From an uncultured beta proteobacterium (GTDB lineage Bacteria; Pseudomonadota; Gammaproteobacteria; Burkholderiales; SG8-41), in assembly GCA_902825845.1 (NCBI GenBank), contig CADECM010000022.1:160-64159 (forward strand): DNA of 64,000 nucleotides. The letters run 5' to 3'. The number at the start of each line of letters is the position of its first letter. Position 1 is the stretch's first letter. Under the pieces are notes generated by a model. The model ran no database searches. It had not been told where the DNA came from and saw only the letters and a program-made list of their open reading frames with translations. The translations under genes and the position numbers were made by a program. This document shows positions 56,917 through 64,000 of the stretch, piece by piece.

Positions 56917-57669
56917 TCACTGGGCTGTGTGCGCCGCTCCGGGCAGCACCAGACAGAGCAACCCCGCGTGTCGTGTCGACGCCGCGGGGTGCGTGGCCTG
57001 AATCAGGCTGAAGGCGCCAACGCCCGCCAGCACCACGACGGCGAACACGCGCGCCGCAGGCGACGCGATGGCGTTGCGCAATCGATCGAAGAACACCGCG
57101 ATCAACAGCACGTTGGGCAGCGTCCCCAAACCGAATGCCAGCATCACCAGCCCGCCTTCCAACACATTGCCCGTCGCCAGCGCGGTCAGCAGCATGGCGT
57201 ACACCATGCCGCACGGCAACCAGCCCCAGGCCAGGCCCAGCCCGTACGCGCGCCGCGCGTTATTGGCGGGCAAGAACCGGCGCGACCATGGCTGGACATG
57301 CCGCCACAGCGTCGCCCCCGCCGCCTCCAAACCCCGTTCCACGGGCTTGCAACCGGCGATGATCAGCGCGAACAAACACAGACTGACGCCCGCCGCGGCC
57401 ATCGCCAACTGCTGCACCACCGCGCCGCCACGCAAGGCGAGGCCGGCCTGACCCAGCGCGCCGGCAAGCATGCCGCCCGCCACGTAGCTCGAGATGCGCC
57501 CGCCGTTGTAGCCCAGCGCAAGGCGCCAGCGCGTTGGCGCCGCGCGCGCGCCGCAACGCGGTCCGCAGGCGGCGCCGATGATGCCGCCGCACATCGCCGC
57601 GCAGTGCACGCCGTTGAGCAGTCCGGCGGTAAACGCCGTCAGCACGATGATTTCGAGCCAGCCGATCAC
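56917..57669 (-). CDS. TauE/SafE- or DsbD_2-like membrane protein associated with cbb3 assembly genes
   Basis: 250-aa polytopic protein with an N-terminal GVHCAAMCGG motif and a second WLPCGMVY motif. GTG start. Confidence 0.65.
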   Translation of the reverse strand: MIGWLEIIVLTAFTAGLLNGVHCAAMCGGIIGAACGPRCGARAAPTRWRLALGYNGGRISSYVAGGMLAGALGQAGLALRGGAVVQQLAMAAAGVSLCLFALIIAGCKPVERGLEAAGATLWRHVQPWSRRFLPANNARRAYGLGLAWGWLPCGMVYAMLLTALATGNVLEGGLVMLAFGLGTLPNVLLIAVFFDRLRNAIASPAARVFAVVVLAGVGAFSLIQATHPAASTRHAGLLCLVLPGAAHTAQ

Positions 57670-57717
57670 CGGCTTGCCTGCAACCGTTGCGGCCCGTTGC
57701 CGCGGCGCGCCGTCGAT

Positions 57718-57957
57718 CTACCCATCAGCCGCTCCCGCGGTGTTGGCGCCCTGCTGCAGCCAGCAGGTCAGCGCGCTCGACAATGCACCCAGTGCCCAGA
57801 ACAGAAAAAAACCGATGGTATATATCGCGTTGCGGCTCAGCTCGAGCGGCTGACCGAATAAATTCAGATCCGACGGATCCAGCATGCTGAAAAAAATCCC
57901 TTCCGCCATGCCGCCCACCAGAAACGACGGCCACAGTATCCACATCGCGCGCTTCAT
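57718..57957 (-). CDS. small membrane protein, unknown function
   Basis: 79 aa with two hydrophobic segments and GGAGGG upstream of the ATG. Lies between the fixH-like and TauE-like genes. Confidence 0.5.
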   Translation of the reverse strand: MKRAMWILWPSFLVGGMAEGIFFSMLDPSDLNLFGQPLELSRNAIYTIGFFLFWALGALSSALTCWLQQGANTAGAADG

Positions 57958-57972
57958 CCCGATGCCCTCCGC

Positions 57973-58473
57973 CTATTGACCGGACGCGGTGAGATCAGTT
58001 GCCCCGGCGCCCGGCACCCGCAAGGTTCCGCTCAGCCGCCAGGTACGCTCGCGATCTTCAAGCACCACGTGCCAGCGGCCGGCGGCAAGCGGCGGCAATG
58101 CCGCCGCGAACTCGCCGTTCACGGCGGTCAACGGCAGTGCAAGGTCGAGTCCGGGCCGCGTCGGATGAACCACGCGCAACATCAGGTGCCCGGCGGCCGG
58201 TTCGCGATTCATGCGCACGCTCACGCGCCGCGCGTTCGCGTCAACCGTCACACGTGCGCGGTAGGCCAGTGTGCCGGCTGCCGCGTCGCGCGACAACACC
58301 TTGTTCACCGCCAACCCCTGCTTGTAGTAGTCATCCGCCACCAGGCCATCGTTGCTGGCCAGCGCCAGCCATATCGTCACCGCGCCGGCGACGATCACCG
58401 CCGCCGGCCCCGCCATCAACAGCCAGGGCCAGGGTTCGCCATACCAGGGTTTTACCGATGCATAGAGGGTCAT
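57973..58473 (-). CDS. ccoH: FixH/CcoH family protein
   Basis: 166 aa with the PWPWLLMAGPAAVIVAG..DDYYKQG N-terminus typical of FixH. Confidence 0.8.
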   Translation of the reverse strand: MTLYASVKPWYGEPWPWLLMAGPAAVIVAGAVTIWLALASNDGLVADDYYKQGLAVNKVLSRDAAAGTLAYRARVTVDANARRVSVRMNREPAAGHLMLRVVHPTRPGLDLALPLTAVNGEFAAALPPLAAGRWHVVLEDRERTWRLSGTLRVPGAGATDLTASGQ

Positions 58474-58483
58474 GGCGCTCCGC

Positions 58484-59938
58484 CTATCTCATGAAAAAAC
58501 GCGATTTTTCGTCCACACGCAGACCGGCATCATCGAGGTCAGCGACGTGAAAACGTATGTCGTACGATCCGCGTTTGACGTCGGCGGGATTGGCCCGCAC
58601 CGTTACCGTCACCATGCGGGTCGTCGCGCCGGCCACGGCCACCGGCTGCGCGGCGATCACCTGCAGGCCCGGCGCGCCGCTCGCGCCTATGGTGAGCCGG
58701 CGCGCGTGTTCGCTGGTATTCATGATCTGCAGGCGGTAGACGTTTTCGATCATGCCGTCACGCGTCTCGCGCGCGAGCGCGGCGCGGTCGCGGATCACGT
58801 CGACCTTGAGCGGCGTGCGCAGATACAGCGCGCCGAGCAGTGCCGCCACAATCCCCAGCAACAATGCGCCATAAATCAGCGTGCGCAGGCGCAGCACGCG
58901 CCGCCACATGTAGCGCGCATCCTGCTTTGCGGCAACGGCGTTCTGCGTCGAATAGCGAATCAGCCCGCGCCCATAGCCCATCTTGTCCATCACCTGATTG
59001 CAGCCATCGATGCAGGCGGCGCAGCCGATGCATTCGTACTGCAGCCCCTTGCGGATGTCGATGCCGGTTGGGCAGACCTGCACGCAAATGCCGCAATCGA
59101 CGCAATCGCCGACGCCCAGCCGTGCGCGATCGGCGGAGCGGCTGCGCGCGCCGCGCGGCTCGCCGCGCTGCGCGTCGTAGGTAATGGTCAGCGTGTCGCG
59201 GTCGAACATCGCGCTCTGGAACCGCGCATACGGGCACATGTACTTGCACACCTGTTCGCGCATCCAGCCGGCGTTGCCGTAGGTCGCGAAACTGTAGAAC
59301 AGTATCCAGAACGTCTCCCACGGCCCCAGTGACCACGCCGCCACTTCGGACGCCAGCACGCGTATGGGCGTGAAATAGCCGACAAAGGTGAACCCCGTCC
59401 ACAGCGCGATGGCGATCCACAGCCCGTGCTTGAGCGTCTTGCGTCCGAACCACGCAGCGCCCGCCGGGCCGCGGTCGAGCCGCATGCGCTGCAGGCGGTC
59501 GCCCTCGACCTTGTGCTCGATCCACATGAAAATCTCGGTGTACACCGTCTGCGGACAGGCATAGCCGCAGAATAGCCGCCCCGCCACCGCGGTGAACAGG
59601 AACAGCGACAGCGCCGATATCACCAGCAGGCCGGTGAGAAAAATGAAATCCTGCGGCCACAGCACCAGCCCGAAGATGTAGAACTTGCGCGCGGCCAGAT
59701 CGAACAACACCGCCGGCCGCGCGTTCCATGTGAGCCATGGCAAACCATAGAAAATCAGCTGCGTGGCCAGCACCAGCACCAGGCGCCAGCGCGCGAACCA
59801 GCCGTGCACCGCGCGCGGGTAAATCTTCTGCCGCACTTCATACAGCGAAGTCTCGGTCTCGCCGCCGGCGTCCACCGCGGTGCCCGCCGGTTTTCGCGCC
59901 CGCGCCGCCGCGCTGCCCGCCTTAACGCGGCAATCCAT
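58484..59938 (-). CDS. ccoG: cytochrome c oxidase accessory protein CcoG/FixG
   Basis: 484 aa with ferredoxin-type clusters CPYARFQSAM and CVDCGICVQVCP..CIGCAACIDGC. Confidence 0.9.
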   Translation of the reverse strand: MDCRVKAGSAAARARKPAGTAVDAGGETETSLYEVRQKIYPRAVHGWFARWRLVLVLATQLIFYGLPWLTWNARPAVLFDLAARKFYIFGLVLWPQDFIFLTGLLVISALSLFLFTAVAGRLFCGYACPQTVYTEIFMWIEHKVEGDRLQRMRLDRGPAGAAWFGRKTLKHGLWIAIALWTGFTFVGYFTPIRVLASEVAAWSLGPWETFWILFYSFATYGNAGWMREQVCKYMCPYARFQSAMFDRDTLTITYDAQRGEPRGARSRSADRARLGVGDCVDCGICVQVCPTGIDIRKGLQYECIGCAACIDGCNQVMDKMGYGRGLIRYSTQNAVAAKQDARYMWRRVLRLRTLIYGALLLGIVAALLGALYLRTPLKVDVIRDRAALARETRDGMIENVYRLQIMNTSEHARRLTIGASGAPGLQVIAAQPVAVAGATTRMVTVTVRANPADVKRGSYDIRFHVADLDDAGLRVDEKSRFFMR

Positions 59939-60815
59939 AGACGTAGGCGGTCAGCAGATGAATCTTGCCTTCGTCCAGGAAACCCTTGTGCGCGGGCATC
60001 ATGCCGCCGCGGCCCCTCGTGATGCTCTCGATAATCGACGCGTCGGAGGCGCCGTGCAGCCAGATATCATCGGTCAGATTGGGCGCGCCGATTTGTGGAT
60101 TGCCGGTGCCCTTGGCGCCATGGCAGGCCGCGCAGATGGTGTCGAATTTCTGCTTGCCGCGAAACGCGCGCAGCCCGTCATGGGCTCTGCCGCCCAGACT
60201 GAACACATAGTGCATCACATCACGCACATCGTCTTCGCTGCCCACCGAGGGCCCCATGGGCGGCATCAGGCCATTGCGTCCGCCGGCAATGCTGGCCCGT
60301 ATCGCTTCCGGCTCGCCCCCATACAGCCAGTCGCCATCGCGCAGACTCGGAAATCCGCGCGACCCGCCGGCGTCCGAGCCATGGCATTGCGCGCAGTAAT
60401 TCAGAAACAGGCGCTGCCCCATTTCCCGTGCCCGCGGATCGGCCGCCACCGTCTTGATGTCCTGCTTGAGATACTTGTCGATCAGGGGACCGTACTGGGT
60501 GGCCGCGCTCGCCTGCTCGGCCTGGTACTGCCCGTCGGAACCCCAGGACAGGTAACCCGCGTAGCGGCCCAGCCCCGGGTAGAGCGCCAGATACGCGAGG
60601 CTGAATACGATGGTGATCACAAACAGCCACAGCCACCAGCGCGGCAACGGATGGTTTCCCTCCTCGATATCCTCGTCCCATACGTGTCCCGTGGTTCCGG
60701 CATCCCCGGCACCGCGGCTCGACAAACCGAGCAGCAGCACCGCGCACGCCGCGATGCTGATCAGCGTGATCACCGCGATATAAAGGCTCCATGCATCATG
60801 GGTGAAATCGCTCAT
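59922..60815 (-). CDS. ccoP: cbb3-type cytochrome c oxidase subunit III (diheme)
   Basis: Two heme c sites, CAQCHG and CAACHG, plus an N-terminal TM helix. Confidence 0.9.
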   Translation of the reverse strand: MSDFTHDAWSLYIAVITLISIAACAVLLLGLSSRGAGDAGTTGHVWDEDIEEGNHPLPRWWLWLFVITIVFSLAYLALYPGLGRYAGYLSWGSDGQYQAEQASAATQYGPLIDKYLKQDIKTVAADPRAREMGQRLFLNYCAQCHGSDAGGSRGFPSLRDGDWLYGGEPEAIRASIAGGRNGLMPPMGPSVGSEDDVRDVMHYVFSLGGRAHDGLRAFRGKQKFDTICAACHGAKGTGNPQIGAPNLTDDIWLHGASDASIIESITRGRGGMMPAHKGFLDEGKIHLLTAYVYGLPR

Positions 60816-60982
60816 CGTACTCCCCCGCGGATTATCACGTCTTCTTCCTGATCATCGACCGCCAGCCGCGCGGCGGCATCGAAATCATCGCGCCGACGCG
60901 AACTCCATGCCCACAGCACGATGCCCACGAACGCCACAAAAAGCACTGCCGTCATGACCGACCTGAACCATCCCATATCCAT
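60812..60982 (-). CDS. ccoQ: cbb3-type cytochrome oxidase subunit CcoQ (small ORF absent from the 60-aa track)
   Basis: 56-aa ORF MDMGWFRSVMTAVLFVAFVGIVLWAWSSRRRDDFDAAARL... with GAGGTGA upstream. It starts 8 nt after the ccoO stop, and its stop overlaps the ccoP ATG (ATGA). Confidence 0.65.
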   Translation of the reverse strand: MDMGWFRSVMTAVLFVAFVGIVLWAWSSRRRDDFDAAARLAVDDQEEDVIIRGGVR

Positions 60983-60989
60983 CTTCGTA

Positions 60990-61610
60990 TCACCTCACGT
61001 TGCGCAGCAGCACGCCCAACCCCTGCAGGTAGGCGATCACCGCATCCATTTCACTCTTGCCCTTCGCGCTTTCGCCGGCCCCCGCGATATCCGCGTCGGT
61101 ATAGGGCACGCCCACGGCGCGCAGCGCGCGCATCTTCGCCGGCAGTACCGCCGCGTCCACCGCGACGTTCTGAAGCCAGGCATAAGCCGGCATGTTCGAT
61201 TCGGGCACCAGATCGCGCGGATTGATCAGATGCAGGCGGTGCCACTCGTCCGAGTAGCGCAACCCCACGCGCGCCAGATCGGGACCGGTGCGCTTCGACC
61301 CCCACAGGAACGGGTGGTCGTAAACGAACTCGCCCGCCACCGAGTAGTGGCCGTAGCGCTCGGTTTCGGCGCGAAACGGGCGGATCATCTGCGAGTGACA
61401 ATTGCCGCAGCCCTCGCGCACGTAGATATCGCGGCCCGCCAGCTGCAGCGCGGTATACGGCTTGAGCCCGGCCACCGGCTGCGTGGTCGATTTCTGAAAA
61501 TACAGCGGCACGATCTCCACCAGGCCGCCGACGCTGATGGTCAGTATGACCAGCACCATCAGCAAGCCGATGTTACGCTCGATAACTTGGTGTCCGGATG
61601 CAAAATTCAT
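60990..61610 (-). CDS. ccoO: cbb3-type cytochrome c oxidase subunit II (monoheme)
   Basis: 206 aa with heme site CGNCHSQ. Confidence 0.9.
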   Translation of the reverse strand: MNFASGHQVIERNIGLLMVLVILTISVGGLVEIVPLYFQKSTTQPVAGLKPYTALQLAGRDIYVREGCGNCHSQMIRPFRAETERYGHYSVAGEFVYDHPFLWGSKRTGPDLARVGLRYSDEWHRLHLINPRDLVPESNMPAYAWLQNVAVDAAVLPAKMRALRAVGVPYTDADIAGAGESAKGKSEMDAVIAYLQGLGVLLRNVR

Positions 61611-61643
61611 GATGGTCCTGTTCCTCGTGTTACCCGTTGAGCG

Positions 61644-63068
61644 TTAAGCGTGCGCCAGGCGCACGGCCGGTATCGGCGCCACGAAGGGACGCTGTCCGGC
61701 GACGGTTTTCCATACGTTCCACGCCATGATCAGCATGCCGCTGAAATACAGCAGGCCGCCCACCAGCCGGATTGCGTAATACGGATAGGTGGCCTTCACC
61801 GATTCGACGAAACTGTACGTGAGAGTGCCGTCGTCATTGACCGCGCGCCACATCAGGCCCTGCATCACGCCGGCGATCCACATCGATGCGATGTAGAGCA
61901 CGATGCCGATGGTGGCCACCCAGAAATGCACGTTGATCAGGTTCACGCTGTGCATCGTGGCACGGCCATAGAGGCGGGGAATCAGATAGTAGAGGCTGCC
62001 GATCGACACCAGCCCCACCCACCCCAGCGCGCCGGAATGCACATGCCCCACGGTCCAGTCGGTGTAGTGCGACAGCGCGTTGACGGTCTTGATCGCCATC
62101 ATCGGCCCTTCGAAGGTGGACATGCCGTAAAACGACAGCGATACCACCAGGAATTTCAGTATCGGATCGTCGCGCAGTTTGTGCCACGCGCCCGACAGCG
62201 TCATGATGCCGTTGATCATGCCGCCCCACGAGGGTGCAAGCAGGATCAGCGAAAATACCATGCCGAGGGATTGCGCCCAGTCGGGCAGCGCGGTGTAGTG
62301 CAGGTGGTGCGGACCCGCCCACATGTAGGTGAAGATGAGCGCCCAGAAATGCACCACCGACAGGCGATAGGAATAGATGGGGCGTTCCGCCTGCTTGGGA
62401 ATGAAGTAATACATCATGCCCAAGAAACCCGCGGTCAGGAAAAACCCCACCGCGTTGTGGCCGTACCACCACTGCACCATGGCATCCTGCACGCCGGCGT
62501 AGGCCGAATAGGATTTCCAAAAGGTCACCGGCACCGCCGCGCTGTTGACCAGATGCAGTACCGCGACAGTCAGAATAAAGGCGCCGAAAAACCAGTTCGC
62601 GACATAAATGTGCGGCGTCTTGCGTTTGGCGATGGTGCCGAAGAACACCACCGCATACGATACCCACACCAGCGTAATCAGGATATCAATCGGCCATTCG
62701 AGCTCGGCATATTCCTTGGCGGTACTGATACCCAGCGGCAGCGTGACCGCCGCCATCACGATCACCGCCTGCCAGCCCCAGAACGTGAACGACGCCAGCG
62801 CCGGCGCGAACAAGCGGGCATGGCAGGTGCGCTGCACCACATAGTACGACGTGGTGAACAGCGCCGAGCCGCCAAACGCGAAGATCACTGCATTGGTGTG
62901 AAGCGGCCGCAATCGCCCGTACGAGAGCCACGGCGTGACATTCAATTCCGGCCAGATCAGTTGCGCCGCGATCAGCACGCCCACCAGCATGCCGACGATG
63001 CCCCACACCACCGTCATCAGCGCAAACTGCCGCACTACCGTGTAATTGTAGGTTTCTCGCAAATCCAT
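61644..63068 (-). CDS. ccoN: cbb3-type cytochrome c oxidase subunit I
   Basis: 474 aa from ATG 63068. Polytopic, with His-ligand blocks typical of CcoN ([17 protein letters not shown]..). Confidence 0.95.
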   Translation of the reverse strand: MDLRETYNYTVVRQFALMTVVWGIVGMLVGVLIAAQLIWPELNVTPWLSYGRLRPLHTNAVIFAFGGSALFTTSYYVVQRTCHARLFAPALASFTFWGWQAVIVMAAVTLPLGISTAKEYAELEWPIDILITLVWVSYAVVFFGTIAKRKTPHIYVANWFFGAFILTVAVLHLVNSAAVPVTFWKSYSAYAGVQDAMVQWWYGHNAVGFFLTAGFLGMMYYFIPKQAERPIYSYRLSVVHFWALIFTYMWAGPHHLHYTALPDWAQSLGMVFSLILLAPSWGGMINGIMTLSGAWHKLRDDPILKFLVVSLSFYGMSTFEGPMMAIKTVNALSHYTDWTVGHVHSGALGWVGLVSIGSLYYLIPRLYGRATMHSVNLINVHFWVATIGIVLYIASMWIAGVMQGLMWRAVNDDGTLTYSFVESVKATYPYYAIRLVGGLLYFSGMLIMAWNVWKTVAGQRPFVAPIPAVRLAHA

Positions 63069-63096
63069 GTACTCCCCTTTCGTTCTGCGTTGAATA

Positions 63097-63303
63097 TTAC
63101 GGGCGCAACACACGCGACACTTGACCTGGATCAACCGCAGGGGCGATGGGCAACCCGTCCGCCTCATCGCTGTCCATCAGGATGCGCTGCGCAGGGCCGT
63201 CAAAATCATCGAACTGCCCGCCTCGCAACGCCCACCAGAATGCAATGCCCAGCGGAATCACCAGCATCACCGACAGTGGAATCAGCAGATAGAGAATGTC
63301 CAT
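63097..63303 (-). CDS. ccoS: cbb3 oxidase maturation protein CcoS/FixS
   Basis: [42 protein letters not shown] is typical of CcoS. The ATG lies 3 nt after the ccoI stop. Confidence 0.8.
   Translation of the reverse strand: MDILYLLIPLSVMLVIPLGIAFWWALRGGQFDDFDGPAQRILMDSDEADGLPIAPAVDPGQVSRVLRP
63121..63134. promoter_or_regulatory. FNR/Anr-type box candidate upstream of ccoN
   Basis: TTGAC-CTGG-ATCAA, one mismatch to the consensus. It is centred ~59 nt upstream of the ccoN ATG, inside the 3' end of ccoS. Confidence 0.55.
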
Positions 63304-63305
63304 GG

Positions 63306-64000
63306 TCAAGCCGCCGCCGGCCACGGCCGGTCTTTTTCCGCGACACGCGTCAGGCGCAGCGCGTTGGCCACCACCAGCAGGGAGGATATCGACATGCCGA
63401 CGGCAGCCGCGAGCGGCGTTACCTGGCCGCTCACCGCCAGCGGCACCGCCACCACGTTGTAGGCAAACGCCCACGCCAGATTCTGGTGGATCACCCGCAT
63501 TGTGCGGCGCGCCGTAAGCACCGCCGTCTGCAACGGCTGCAGGTTTCCCGAATACAGCACGATATCGGCAACCGTCTGCGCCAGTGCGGCGCCCGAACCC
63601 AGCGCAATCGACACCTGCGCCTGTCCCAGTACCGGCGAATCGTTGACGCCATCGCCGACCATCGCCACCACTGCGCCTTGCGTCTGCAGTCCGCGCACAT
63701 ATTCCAGCTTGGCGGTCGGCGTCGCCTCCCCGCGTGCCTCGCCGATGCCGAGTTGTTCAGCCACGCGCCGTACGTGGGCCTTGCGGTCGCCGGACAGCAG
63801 ACACACCGCGGCACCGTCCGCGGCGAGTGCGGGTACCACCCGCCGCGCGTCGCTGCGCAAGGGATCATCCAGCGTAATCACCGCAATCCAGCCGCGTTCG
63901 TCGCCCAGCGCGACACGCACGGCGTCACCGACTCCAGCCGTTGCACCGCCCGCCAGGGGTCGGCCATGCAACTGCGCCACAAACGCCAGCGCGCCGATGC
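63306..64000 (-). CDS. ccoI: heavy-metal (copper) translocating P-type ATPase CcoI/FixI, C-terminal part (5' end outside the window)
   Basis: VAMVGDGVNDSPVLGQAQVSIALG hinge motif and C-terminal TM helices. The ORF runs off the window edge. Confidence 0.85.
   Translation of the reverse strand, partial: IGALAFVAQLHGRPLAGGATAGVGDAVRVALGDERGWIAVITLDDPLRSDARRVVPALAADGAAVCLLSGDRKAHVRRVAEQLGIGEARGEATPTAKLEYVRGLQTQGAVVAMVGDGVNDSPVLGQAQVSIALGSGAALAQTVADIVLYSGNLQPLQTAVLTARRTMRVIHQNLAWAFAYNVVAVPLAVSGQVTPLAAAVGMSISSLLVVANALRLTRVAEKDRPWPAAA

Noticed and set aside
1-64000. Search for CRISPR arrays, rRNA or tRNA genes, integrases, transposases, prophage genes and toxin-antitoxin or known defence-system genes.
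   Set aside because: No regularly spaced direct repeats, no cloverleaf-like or rRNA-like segments in the intergenic regions inspected, and no recombinase, transposase or phage signatures among the ORFs. The T6SS block therefore cannot be called a classical genomic island on this evidence.

Overview
High-GC chromosomal segment that looks betaproteobacterial (Burkholderiales-like). The taxonomic guess rests only on gene content: two Bug/TctC binding proteins, a ccoI-S-N-O-Q-P-G-H respiratory cluster, and a T6SS module. Coding density is high and most genes are on the minus strand.

Contents in order:
- Housekeeping genes: ispD, mfd.
- A three-gene AmmeMemoRadiSam system.
- A fatty-acid-type operon: AidB-like acyl-CoA dehydrogenase, acyl-CoA ligase, DsbA-like gene.
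- A PrpD-like gene with two divergent gamma-glutamyltransferase paralogs.
- A Bug/SDR/Ldh_2 operon.
- A partial T6SS module in the order tagH-tssJ-tssK-tssL-tssM-tagF.
- A c-di-GMP signalling cluster: GGDEF, PAS-GGDEF-EAL, FIST, HDOD, HD-GYP.
- A hemerythrin / Pat-like acetyltransferase / P-type ATPase operon.
- A formate/nitrite-family transporter.
- The cbb3 oxidase cluster with its assembly genes.

Most interesting observations:
1. Two genes carry an in-frame TGA exactly where a redox-active Cys or Sec is expected. One is a UGSC-type protein that resembles GrdB/PrdB. The other is a DsbA/FrnE-like protein with U-P-W-C. Each has a hairpin downstream of the TGA. Both are candidate selenoproteins.
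2. A conserved AT-rich motif of about 28-30 nt occurs at least 11 times, always at gene boundaries. Its consensus is roughly AAAATAnnnnTWAAAAWCAnATAsTTAT. It often supplies start or stop codons, and copies flank the T6SS module.
3. A 190-bp element with perfect 28-bp terminal inverted repeats lies between two co-oriented genes.

No rRNA, tRNA, CRISPR array, integrase or transposase was recognised. All family assignments come from motif recognition by eye. No searches were run.
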